A DNA stretch of 64,000 bases from Lingula anatina (taxonomy: Eukaryota > Animalia > Brachiopoda), in assembly GCA_051362555.1 (NCBI GenBank), contig CM120642.1:31744001-31808000 (forward strand), in the 5' to 3' direction. Positions 12,401-24,626 of this stretch are shown in pieces (within the stretch, counting starts at the first letter, position 1; each line of letters opens with the position of its first letter). The notes beneath the pieces were generated by a model. It searched no databases, was not told the DNA's origin, and saw nothing but the letters and a program-made list of their open reading frames with translations. The position numbers and the translations under genes were made by a program.

Positions 12401-15400
12401 TCCTGTTGGATGCTGTCAAGATTTACAAAGCATCTCCAGTAATACTAGGAAATTCAAACTCTTCCACTACAGACAGTCCAGGTCCCCTTCCCTCAGTATG
12501 TAACTGGACTCATTATCTCATAATTGGACTCATAATCTCAGATATTTCACAGTGACTGATTCCTTTATTGTAAACAAGATTCACTGAAGCATGTATATAT
12601 CTGTGTCCACTGCAAAGTTCAGCATGGGTCAGTGGGTTGGATGGTTTGATATATGAATTGTGCCAATGCATGAAATCACCTGAATTGCAAGTTAATAATA
12701 CATGAGAAGCAAATATATGTGCAGTGTTTGATATACCCAATTAACTAATAGTGAAATGTTCAATGGTTGTTATTAGCTAGGGAGCGGTGTTCTCCTGATT
12801 TTAATCAATCATCAACTGTTATGATTTATCACATTCAGCAGCAGGTACTTAATTGGAAAGGAGGGGATTAATTTAAATCATAATGATCTTTCCTAATTAG
12901 TTTTTTTTTTTCATTTTTTTTCTTTTTATTATTAACCACACTATTTCTATGGGAAAGTATATATTTAATATTTTTTCAATGTTTTTTTCTCCAGAAAATG
13001 ATGATGTTAAAAGAACCACCCTGAGGGAGCTGAAGGTCCTCCGCATGCTGAAACAGGAGAATATTGTGGAGCTGCGAGAGGCATTTAGGAGGAGAGGAAA
13101 GCTTTATCTAGTCTTCGAATATGTGGAAAGGGTAAGTGTTGTTAGTCTGAAATTTGACTGAAATTTTGGAAAGTTTATCTTGATGCTAAATCAGCTTTGT
13201 TTTTTTTCTCTCTTTTTTCAAAATAAGGAAATCATCTTTCAGAGATTAGAAATGTTTAGAGGAAAGAAATCCACTGTATAAATTATTTCTTATTATTTTA
13301 AATTATTTTCTGTAAGATGTTCACTCTTCCATGTTACCAAGATTACATGGTACATTTTATGCAGTAAGTAAAAAATCTACAGTTTTTATGTGCATGTGTT
13401 TGTTATGGCAGATCACAATTTCATATTTCCCATCATTTCAGAACATGCTGGAGGTCCTGGAAGAGATGCCAAATGGAGTCCCCATAGAGAAGGCACGTCA
13501 CTATGTCTACCAGCTATGTAAAGCTATCCACTGGTGCCACACTAATGACATCATACACAGGGGTAAGTTATATCCACTGGTGCCACACTAATGACATCAT
13601 ACACAGGGGTAAGTTATATCCACTGGTGCCACACTAATGACATCATACACAGGGGTAAGTTATATCCACTGGTGCCACACTAATGACATCATACACAGGG
13701 GTAAGCTATATCCACTGGTGCCACACTAATGTATGTGCATTTATGTGTGTGTGTGTGTGTGTGTGTGTGTGATCTAAAAGACTCAGTTTGTCAATGTTAA
13801 TGCTAAACTTAAAATATGTAAATTATGCATAAAATAAATTTACAAGTTTTATTTTCTCCTTTCTAGATATCAAACCAGAAAACCTCTTAATTGGAAAAGA
13901 TGATAGGCTGAAATTGTGTGATTTTGGTAAGTTGTGTACAGTATCCTGAGCTGCTCAGGGAACAAAGTTATAAATTTTAAAATGAGTTTTGAGTTACCTT
14001 TCAATATTTGACTTTTGATAAATAAAAAGCACTGTGTAATATCCATGCTGTGTTAGAGACGCTGGTCCTGAATGAGACTTATTTGTAACACCAGGACAGA
14101 GGACTCAACTGACAGACCTAGGGTCTTTCCATAATGATGGTGCCAGTGACTGTTTATGTTGAAAATATTTATATCTATATATAGTTATAATTTATATCTA
14201 TTTATGTTTATTTTTTCCCTCCCCAGGTTTTGCCCGTAACATGAATGGTCATGGCACAGCTAACTATACAGATTACGTGGCCACCAGGTGGTACAGGTCT
14301 CCAGAGCTGCTGCTAGGGTGAGGACTGGCTGCTTCTTCATCTTCTAAAATACTATCTTCTTCTTATTTTAAAATACTGTCTTCTTCTTCTAAATTATTGT
14401 CTTCTCCTAAAATATTGCCTTCTTCTAAATGATTGTCCTCCTCTAAAAGATTATCTTCTTCTTCCAAAATATTGTCTTCTTCTTCTAAAATGTTGTCTTC
14501 TCCTTAAATATTGTCTTTTTCTACTAAAATATTGTCTTAATTGTTGAATCAACTCTGTTTATTATATCTCTCAGTGCTCCATATGGTAAAGCAGTAGATA
14601 TCTGGGCCATAGGCTGTATCCTGGGGGAGCTGAGTGACGGACAGCCCCTGTTCCCCGGGGAGAGTGAGATAGACCAGCTGTACATGATCCAGAAAGTGAT
14701 GGGACCTCTACCTGATGACCAGATGCACATGTTTTATAATAATCCCAGGTTTAATGGGCTTAAGGTAGGCACAGTTCTATAGTTATACATAGTTATATTA
14801 ATAGTTATATACAGTTATAGTTATTCACAATAACTGTGATACAGGGGGCGTAGGTGTGGTGTGTATTGAAGCAGATCAGTTTGAATTTCTCCTTAAAAAT
14901 GTTACTTCATTTGAGTGGTTTCCTTGAAAATATGTCGAGTATTTAAGTTAATAACTTGAAGTTTTTTGTTGTTGTTAGCATAGAATATGATGTAATCACT
15001 GCAATATCCATGCAAGTGCTTCATATTTTGATTCCTAGATGCATAGTTTACTCTGGCATATTGAGTGTTCACTCAAAGCTATTTATTATTTATTTATTTA
15101 TTTTAACTAACAATTGTTTCTTATTTCAGTTTCCCTCCGTGACCCACCCCCAGACCCTGGAGAGGAGGTATCAGGGCATTCTGAGTGGAGTTCTCATTGA
15201 CTTTATGAAGGTACTGACTTCACCAGTGCTGCTTTACCTAATATTTTTATCATTAAAGCTAATTGAAATTATTGTATGCTGTAAGTGTGTAGGGCTGCAA
15301 ACCTAAAAAACTGTTTTGAGCTTACATCTTCTAGGTCCTCTAGAGTAGATAACCAGGATAGTCTTTAGGAATTTGTATCTCAGATTTATAGCCCATTCTT

Positions 15401-16071
15401 TGCTTAACTTACCCAAATAATAGCAAAGTTTACTGTGCATGCCTTTAATTAGTAGACATTTATATAATTATTTTATCATATATGTAGTGATTTTTACAAA
15501 AAAAAAAAGGCTTCCATTTGTTTTGCTTACTAGTTGAACTTAATTTTCTTTCACCCCTAATGGTATAGTAATCCTAGCAATCCTAGTAGATTTCCTATAT
15601 TAAGAATACATTGGTATAGGTTTGAAATAATACTATTAACTGTTAACTATGAACTCCTCTGTTCTCAAGTCCACTCTGGCTCTAGAATACATTACACTAA
15701 GTACTGGTATTATATATACTAACTGTATAGTAATCCTCTGTTCTCAAGTCCACTCTGGCTCTCCTTCCCAGTGACAGGTGCTCAGTGCAGTGGTGCCTGG
15801 CACACACTTTTCTTAAACCTCTGGCTATTAAAGATGGTGTTAGTATCCTTTCTATTTCATCTTTATGTATACATGTGTGTGTGTGTTTGTGTGTGAGCAT
15901 AGTTGATGGCTGATCTGGGATATTAATTGTGGAGCTCAGTTAGCCAACACCACCCTACCCCAACCTATCCCCACCATAATGGCCCTAGTTCTGAGTGCAT
16001 GAAATATGCCTTTGTGGGATGGACAATCTCTTCTCTCCCCTTGGGGAAGGGTCAGGGGTTAAATGTACCAT

Positions 16072-16123
<52 letters not shown>

Positions 16124-19100
16124 GGGGAACTTTAAAGTATGTCCTGGATCAGGCCTGATGTACAGCTGTGTGTGATGTGACTGTCACTTTAGTTTGAGGA
16201 ATGTATGTATCCTACATGTACCACTGCCTTCTGTATTCCCTTCACTGCAGAGTTTTGTCTTTTTATCACATATATTGTGAAAATATTTTTTAAATCATTT
16301 ACTTAATTTCTGTTTCATATTCCCTTTCACCAAGCCATTGTCTCTTTATTTTTTGCTTTGAATCTGACAAACTCCAGTTGCTGTGGCAACATACTCATGA
16401 TTTTAAATCTTCATAATTACGATAAGTATGCCTGCATTATGACACATTAAGCAGCAGTTTCATTTTCACTTTGCTGAGGTCATGTGTCACATTCTGCTAT
16501 TGACAGGAATCAGACTGCACCAGTATATCAGTGTTCACATGGCCAGTGATTTAGTTGCCTTGTAGGCATTTTATTTATGCATTCAATTATTTTCTGTAAA
16601 CTGGTCATCTGATGAGGCTGTAAATTGGTCAGATATCTGGTCCAAGAAGGTCCTCATCTGACCAGATGTTCAGATTTGTGCGTGCCAGGTCTGGGGGCCA
16701 AGCATGCTGTTATGTCACCACATCACAGAGTTCAGTATAATATTGTATATTGTTCAATCACTGCTCTTGAGACACAACATGGTGACTTCTTGTTATTGGA
16801 CTCGTTGTACGGTTGTTTTGATTTTAAATTGTTACATGGCATCTTGATTTTTTTCCTTGATATTCAAGGCTAAGTTTTTCTCATGGACTTTTTCTGCCTT
16901 TACTCCCTAAACTGGTTCATATATGTAAAAACCAGTATTTGCTTTGAACAGTATGTTGATTTAATCAGGAAAAAATGAAACACAAGGAAATATTTAGATT
17001 TAGAAAAAAAAAATGCATGTCAAGTAGATTTTAGCAATGAGAATGAAATATATGGTAATCATAAAGATTTTATTTACCATGTAATTCTAATGAAACATTA
17101 TTTCATTGTACAAGACCATTAAGCTATAATAGATGTATTATTTAGTTTTGAAAGGGGGGGGGGCTAAAGTTGTTCATATATTCTCCTTTATATAAAATAT
17201 TGTAAGCTAACTAATAGACCTTAATATTTTAAATTCTTATAAACCATGTACTATATATTCTTCCAGCACACACTGCGCCTGGATCCTGGCGACAGGTACT
17301 CTGTGCAAGAGAGTCTTCAGCACCCAGCCTTCCAGACAGAGAATCTCCTCAACAGGAACAGAGCACCAGTCAAGATGGCTGACGGCAGGCACCCTTCCAA
17401 CAAGAAGAGGAAGAGTGAAGCTTCTGAAAGGTGCTGTTCTGTGACTCTTTGTCTTCTAATTTTGGAGTGTTTAGATACATGAGTTACTTATAGAATGCTG
17501 GAAAAGAAATATATGTCAAAAAAGAGAATATATGTCTGATGCAGATGTACAACAGAAATAATATTTTTATATGGATTATAAATTGACCCTTAGCAACATT
17601 ACCTAATTATTTGGATAAATGTGATTCACACTATGTAATTGTTTGTTATATTTAAAATATGAAAACTTTTGATAAGTTTTATAGTCTGTGCAAATATTGT
17701 ACTATTTCAGTGAAAATTATTTACCTGATTATTATTTCAGAATTGAAAGTGAAAGTCAGCCAAACATCATAAGTCAACAGTATCAGCAGCAATTACAACA
17801 GCATCAGAGACCACCCACAGTGACAATAAACAACAACAAACAGGAATCACAACAACAACAACAACAACAACAACAACAGTCGATACATCTACAGCTTGGT
17901 GACAATACAACACAGCAATCTTCCACGGAGCAGAGGAACGCCACTCCAACCATTGCTCTGCCTGGAGATGGCGGCCACAGCGAGACTTATAAAAAATACA
18001 TGAAAACTGCACAGCAGAAATCAGACCCCCATCAGCATCACCAGCACCAGCATCAGCATCAGCAGGATGATTACAATGACAGTAAAGCTGACACTGATAT
18101 GGTGAAGGCAAGGAAGAACGAAATCAATCAGAGACTGAACCAAGAGAACAGTCAAGGCGACGACGGGCCGATGGAGTGCTCTCATAGTGATCCACATGAA
18201 AGAAATCAGGAGGACAGGACTCCGTCACCCCCTCCAGCTTCCCCTTCTCCTCCTCCTCTGAAGGACAGTGATTCTGATGCACTGAAACCTCATCAGCAGC
18301 ACACCGAGAAGACAATTCACAGTCAACAACAACAGTATGTCAAGCAACACCCCCCAGTGAAGAAACAAGACAGCATTCATTTCAATATACGAGACTCCAG
18401 TCTTGGAGCCTCTAGCACAGAGGCTAGTGGTCAGAGGGATGGAGGCTCACAAGGACATGCTGATTGGAGGACACAAGACGTGGATGGAGGGGGTCAAAGA
18501 AAGAGACAGGATGTTCAGTATAACTATACAGAGGGACATACAGTGCAACAGCAGCAACAGTCACAGCAGGCGCATGGGCAGAAGACTGTAGAGAATGAGG
18601 AAGGGACGAGGGGGGAGAAAAACAGAAAGGATAATAAAGAGGGGCCTGTGGCTGGAGCTGGTGCTGGGTTGCAGAACTTGCCAAATCAGAAAATTGTGAA
18701 AAGGAGGAATTCTCAGGAAAGACTTCAGTACCCTGCCGCAGGGGGTTTGACCCGCCTGGTGACGCAGGAGACATACACAGAGCACAGGACTCTGCCAGCC
18801 CCTGGCTCTGAGCCCAGACACTTTGGGAGCACTTTCTCTGACTTCCGCAGCATGGGGAATGCCATGCAGGACAAGGGGCAGGGTGGACGGTCAATGGACT
18901 CCAAGGTTCAAGGCGTAAAACACACAAATCCTGGCAGATTGCCGCCTGAAGATAGATCCAAGATGGCGGCTGATCAGAGTTCTGTAATGGAAGAACAGCA
19001 GTACGCCAATGAGCTGAGGGCCAGGTCCTGGATCAGTGAACACATGTACAATAATACTGAGACCAGCTCAGGATATCACCCTGCAAGTGAAAATAATAAT

Positions 19101-22100
19101 GAATCTGACTCAAGGCTCAGAACTGAGGATAAAGAAAACAGACAAAATAATCATGATTCTTACAGGAGCTTTAAAAAGCAGGATTCGAAATTTGCCAGCT
19201 CGCAGGCTGGTGTAGGCGATCTCACTCTCACGGACTTGTCACCAAGGAGTGACACCCTCTCTCTGGCCCCTGCAAGGACAGAAGGCCACTGGTCATCTGG
19301 CCGAGATGAGGGTCAGTCTGGTGTCCAGTATGGGTCTGGGGGCAGCAAGACCAATACGTACACGGTCAGTTTCAGTGTGGGGACACATGGGGTCCAGAAC
19401 AGTCCTCAGACAGAGAGGAGGAACAAGGTATAGTATGAAGCACTGCTTGACTGCTTTTTAAAAACATTCTATATTTGCGTAGGTGGAATTAATATTTTTA
19501 AATACTTTTTTAAAATTGTTTATGTGTGCTGTTCTTAAATTTTCATTCTCTTAGAGGATGAGATTATGTGAAGTCCTTTCCAGTTTTGCATCCCACCAAA
19601 TTCTTTTAGACAACAGCTACATGTAGGGGGGTACTCATACCTCTGTCCATAAAACATTTTAAACTTGCATAGTTGGAATTTGTATTTACTTTTCTTTTAA
19701 AAGCATGTAAGTATGCTCTGTGCTGTTCTTAAATTTTCCTCTCCTCAAAGATTTAGATATGAGAAGCCCCTAATCGGTTTTTGATCCCACCAAATTCTTT
19801 TAACCAACAATTACATTGTACATGTGCCTCTGTATAACAGACACCAAACTGGGTTATTTCAAGATGTGTATGTGATATTTATGTATGTACTTTAGCATCA
19901 AGGCAATGCACGGGAGGGAGAACTCCAGAGGATCCGTGCCAGCACCCTGGGGAAGAAGAAGACCAGGGAAGGGTCTGCACCTGTCAAGACTCTAATGGAG
20001 AGACTGTCAGAAACTAGGGTGAGACTTAGACCCCATTCCCACAGATTTTAGATTGACCTATCCCTGTGGGGAGTCTCACTAGATTACTGTCAGCTTAGCC
20101 GGCTTAAGCATCTGTCCCGCCTACTAAAAGCTGTAAGGGAGTAATTAACTACCGTGGGCGCTCGGCTGACATCAATTTAGCGTGAACCCCCAGGGAGTTA
20201 GATCGATCTAGATGGATTGATCTAAATCTATGGGAATGCACTCTTAATGTCTTTTATATGGATTGGAATCATGGTTATTTAAAGGAGGAACTCAAGGCAG
20301 TGAAAAAAGTTTGTTACTTAAGTAGGGGACAAGTACCATTTTGAATAAGGCCTGAAATTTTGCCATCTTAAATTGTTCTGTGATATTTTGCAATATAGCA
20401 TTTCTCCCAAACATATCAAATAATTATTGTTGAATTATGAAATAACTGCATGCTTCTGCTGGGGAGACTGGAAGTGGTATGATTCAAGATATTGGGTAAA
20501 CATAAAAATATTCAGATGGTTGAAATGTTAACCTTTCTGTAATATATTTTTTTAATATTTTAGTTTATATATATATATATATATTGAAAACTGTTTTGAA
20601 AAATAAGATTTTTTTTAATTTGCCCATTTCAGCTGCAGAATGCCTTTGACCAGTCTCCATATGGTCAGAAGGTCAAGGACAAAGGAGGACCAGTCCCCAG
20701 GGAGAGGAGGGCCAAAAGTCACTATTTTGGTAAGTACATATAAAAATACAACCATGAGATATGTTTGACTATGCCTATACACGCACACTCAAAACCCTTT
20801 TTCTTAGATCATGAATAGTTGTTGTGACAGAAATACACCACTGACTCTGCTTTCTCCAGGGGCGGATTTGGAGATATTTTCTGACAGTCTTCCAAATTAT
20901 ATTTGTTAATTCGTTCTTCATTTTTGACCGTCTTCCGACAAAAAATTATGTACCCGTCATTGTAAACTTGAAAGTGTGACCATCTTCCAGAAGACCCAGA
21001 AGATGCCCTGAATCTGCCCCTGTTTTCTACTGTTTATGCCACATGTGGTGGTAGTTTTTATCCTTTGGGTCAAATGATGTCAGATATGTCATCCAGTGAA
21101 GATCTGTTCACAACAAATGTTCTGGGTCTAAGAGAGTGTGAGTGAATATGAAAGAGCGGTGAATTATATTTCTTACTTCTGAACCCTCTTGATGTATTAT
21201 TTTCTGTGTCATAGTATGCCACGTTGTGATGAAAGATATTGTCTTAATGCCAATGATTAAAAAAATTGAAATGCATTATTTTGATGGAGTACTTTATTTT
21301 TATAATGCAGATCCTTTGCTTGTCAAAAATGAAGTGACAACTGCACAAGGTATTAGTTCAACATACATCTCTATATTCTAACTGGCTTTATGTCTGCAGC
21401 ATCAGCTCATACTAACCTTATATATGGAAATCTGCAGTATTTCCTTTCATTTTGGTTTTTAATAATGCTTGCAGCAAATTTGCAATTGGCTGTTAAATTT
21501 TTGAAACACTGAAAAAGTATAGCATGAAGAGATTGAAGTAGCTGTCTTGCATATGAAGAATGATATAGAAAAAGATCATGTTGTTGTTAATTAACTGATA
21601 AAAAAGTATTTCTGTTTAAAAAGAAAAAAAAAAGAAAACAGTTGCTTATTAATCTCATTGTTATGTTATATAACCACTGCAGCTAACTCTAACTGAAGAT
21701 TTTATTGCGACATCATGCTGTTAAAGTTAAGTTTGATTTAAAATCAATGTAACCACCATTCATTTATTTGTTATTGAAGGCTTTAAGTGGAGTTGTTACT
21801 GATTTTTAAATATTCATTTTTAAACTGATTATAATTGTATCTTTGTGTTAGCTATTTATGCATAAAAAATTATACATTGGTGATTTTTATAACATGATTA
21901 GAATTTTCAGTGATAAAAATGAATATAAGTTTTTTTATTAATGAAATTAATATTTTAAACTCCCACTTTCAGCATCTTTAACATGTGCTGTACTTGAGGC
22001 AGCATAAATTAGCACACATACATGTAGTCCTATTACTATGTGTACATGTATGTACGTATACTCTTAAATAAGATCTACAACCAATTTGAAATGGAATGTA

Positions 22101-24626
22101 TGCCTCATGCATGCATCTACATCCAACAGCATTATATATTATGCATACATGTAAATTGTACAATTTTCATAGAAATAATTTATTTCTTGGTGTTTCCTCT
22201 AGATCCCAGTGTTTACCGAGAATCTCCAGGACTCCAGGACAGCCCCTCAATGTCCAGGAAGAAGGCTCAGGACAGTGGTCACTTTGGTGGAAGACCTGTA
22301 CAAGATAATTGGTGAGCAATTGATTCTCTCTCTTTTACTATCTCAGGTGGTTTATTGGGCACAAAAATGGTTTTACATTTTTTGGCTCTCTAAGTATTAA
22401 AAAGGGGGAATTACTTTATTATAATTATGTGCTATTTACCTTATGTAAAAAGATAAAAGTAGATGGATAAAACCACTTCTAATACTTATATGACACTACT
22501 CATTTGCTAAGATGTGTGCATTTTAACATTTAAATTTCCTGAAATATAGCCACATGTATAATGAAAAGCGATATAAAAGTTTTAAATTTTGCATAATATT
22601 TCTCTTCTTTATATTCGTTGCTTTTTTTTTTCATTCATTATGATTATTCATTATCCGTAAATAAAATGTGTACTTCATGAAACTGTTTATATTTACTGTA
22701 TAAATTTTCTGTGCCAGGAAAACCAGTGACACGGGCTCCAATGAGTGGCAGCATTCCTGGTCAAAGAAGAAAAAGAAGAGGAAAGGATTCAATGTAAGTT
22801 TAGGCATTGAAATAATATACATTATGTCCTGATACAGCGCATATCTGATAGTGTGTATATTATACTGAATGATTTATATTTCAATGTCTTTAGGACACTA
22901 TCTTGGTTGTTTATTCTGGTGTTACAAAAATAAGAGAAAATTGTTTCAAGAAATTGTAAAAACGTCCATTCAACAAAGCACTGTGCACAAGTGAAAATCA
23001 GCATCTTGATAATTGTCTGCACACCTCTTCCAGATGCTGCTGTCCAACAGCACATCTCAGATGGACTCCCCCACAGTGCTGGACCCCAGGCATCAGTATA
23101 GTGAGACCCCCCAACCAGTGGGGGCTTCCCATAGAGAGGCAGGGGTCCCTGGTCTCCACTCACAGCCAGTGACTCCAAGAGACGCTCCCCCACCTTACAA
23201 AGACCCTCCTCAGTACACAAAGCAACCAGCAGCACTCAGGAAACTGACTCAAACCCCTGTGGAAAAGGTGAATGTTCACAAGCAGCAAAAGTAGTAGTAG
23301 TAGTAGTAATAGTAGTAATAGAGTAGTAGTAGTACTATAAAGTAGTGATAGTATAGTGGTAGTATTTCATAAACTTGAATTATAGTATTAGAAGTAATAG
23401 AACTAGTAGTAGTAGTAGTAGCAGTTGTAGTAGTAGTAGTAGTAGTAGTAGCAGTTGTAGCAGTAGCAGCAGCCTCAAAACAACAGAGCATCTGTATAAA
23501 TCTTGAAAATTAATAATAAAAGTAATAATAATGAAAGTTGGTTTTTTGTCCAAATTAATTTTTTTTTTTTTTTTGAAGATCTGCTATTAAAAATGTTTTT
23601 GCCCGTTGATTGGTGTCCCTTTATCTTTGCTGTACAGTCAGGTACTCAGTATATGTAGGTACAAATTACATACAGATGAACAAGTAGAGTGGTATACATC
23701 AAAGACTCCCGATATATTTGTATCATTTGTTCCTATTCAAGACTGGAGAGTTTATAGCATGGGCAGACACAGAGGTACTCTGGCTGGAGTGCATTACTTC
23801 TTTTCTTTTTTTTTTTTTTTTTCAGAAAAAAATTCCTTCTGTTCTCAAGACAGCTAAAATGATCTGCTTGTTATTTTAACATGCTTCTGTGTGACCTGTG
23901 AGGAGATATATTGCAATTTTAGATGCAATTCCATTGAAGTGTGTATTGTGCCTGTGCATGGAGCTATATTTTGTTGATGCTTCATTTCTGCTTTGACGAT
24001 TTTGCCCTTTTTGTAATGTGCAGAGGGCGTGCTGTGTAACAGACACATTTGTATTCATGAATGCTTCCATGCGGTGGAATAGATTGGTGTGAAGATTTGA
24101 AGTTTGCATGCATCATCTGTTCCCATAAATATTTCATTGCAAAAGGAATGCTTGAACATACTGACGTATCCTCATAACTGAAAACCTTCTGGGCGTGGAC
24201 GTAAAAGCCACTGATGTATGTGACTGTTTTGTATATTAATAGATAAATATTAACGTATGTCTGTATTTTTTATGTCCCCAGGGTCCCAGGCTCCATCCCC
24301 TGGGGAAACCTCTCCCCCACCTGGGTAACAGTCCAGACCCTCACCGCCCCCCACAGCACCTCCACACGAGGTCAGAGATCTTAGACCCCCGCCTGATGCC
24401 ATCAGGGGCAGACATCCGACCCCCCAAGTGGCCAGCTCGGGCCCCTTCCCCGGCACCAGCACCATTTGACGAAATCCGGTCGGAACTGAAAGACTTACGC
24501 TCGGAGCTGAAGTTACAGTCGCCAGTGAATCCGCCGGAGAGTCAGCGAGAACTGAGGCCGTTGAAGAGTGCCAAAGGAGCCCGAGGCGCTCCGGACTTTC
24601 GAGGCATGAAGGAAACGGCCATTTAG
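1107..24626 (+). CDS. CDKL5: Cyclin-dependent kinase-like 5 ortholog (multi-exon, ~1210 aa)
   Basis: GT-AG coding exons: 1107-1143, 4208-4242, 9560-9605, 12995-13131, 13442-13562, 13867-13926, 14227-14317, 14575-14764, 15130-15210, 17267-17430, 17741-19427, 19896-20018, 20633-20729, 22203-22311, 22718-22793, 23034-23267, 24282-24626 (3633 nt, frame consistent). Translation includes [90 protein letters not shown] and ends KETAI*. Kinase exon sizes 35/46/137/121/60/91/190/81 match human CDKL5 exons 3-10 as I recall them. Confidence 0.93.
3440..3606. mobile_element. MITE family B, copy 1 (CAGGGGCGGAT TIR, 5-bp TSD)
   Basis: TIR CAGGGGCGGATT...AATCCGCCCCTG flanked on both sides by CATCT; internal GAAGAC/GTCTTC repeats. 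Confidence 0.85.
4038..4093. repeat. (TAAA)n microsatellite
   Basis: Direct reading. Confidence 0.95.
4943..5180. mobile_element. PIF/Harbinger-like foldback MITE
   Basis: TAA|GGGACC...GGTCCC|TAA with long inverted arms (ATGGGGACTCTTGCTGAATGCAATCA / TGATTGCATTCAGCAAGAGTCCCCAT). Confidence 0.8.
8001..8053. repeat. Compound (GC)n(AC)n(AG)n microsatellite
   Basis: Direct reading. Confidence 0.9.
9346..9399. repeat. (AT)n microsatellite
   Basis: Direct reading. Confidence 0.95.
13525..13731 (+). repeat. 46-bp tandem repeat (4.5 copies) spanning a CDKL5 exon end and splice donor
   Basis: Unit TATCCACTGGTGCCACACTAATGACATCATACACAGGGGTAAGTTA at 13525, 13571, 13617, 13663, partial at 13709. Confidence 0.97.
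14331..14540. repeat. Degenerate 18-24-bp minisatellite (CTTCTAAAATATTGTCTT)
   Basis: About 10 variable units fill most of the 257-nt intron. Confidence 0.85.
15655..15762. repeat. 29-bp direct repeat, 79 nt period
   Basis: TCCTCTGTTCTCAAGTCCACTCTGGCTCT at 15655 and 15734. Confidence 0.85.
19525..19820. repeat. Diverged ~100-bp direct duplication in a CDKL5 intron
   Basis: TGTGCTGTTCTTAAATTTTC...ATCCCACCAAATTCTTTTA occurs twice about 194 nt apart. Confidence 0.75.
20029..20243. mobile_element. MITE family A, copy 1 (Harbinger-like, 3-bp TSD)
   Basis: TTA flanks; imperfect TIR GACCCCATTCCCACAGA; homologous to 39478, 46698 and 49256. Confidence 0.85.
20857..21022. mobile_element. MITE family B, copy 2
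   Basis: Reverse-orientation homolog of 3440-3606; flanks TTCTC/TTTTC. Confidence 0.85.
21311..21349 (+). CDS. Candidate 39-nt cassette exon of CDKL5 ([13 protein letters not shown])
   Basis: T-rich tract + GCAG acceptor and AAG|GTATT donor; phase 1-1 like the host intron 20730-22202; open and frame-preserving. Confidence 0.5.
23290..23472. repeat. Imperfect (TAG)n/(CAG) trinucleotide repeat
   Basis: Direct reading; starts just after the donor at 23268. Confidence 0.9.

Noticed and set aside
13525-13731. CRISPR-like array
   Set aside because: Units are contiguous with no unique spacers, derive from a kinase exon, and lie in eukaryotic DNA
14331-14540. Antisense EDNILEE-repeat protein
   Set aside because: The frame is broken by several stops; triplet periodicity comes from CTT-based units
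16601-16668. Hammerhead core CTGATGAG
   Set aside because: No GAAA after the putative stem II; better explained as a short imperfect inverted repeat
17767-18927. Overlapping antisense and alternative-frame ORFs
   Set aside because: Shadows of the GC-richer low-complexity CDKL5 exon
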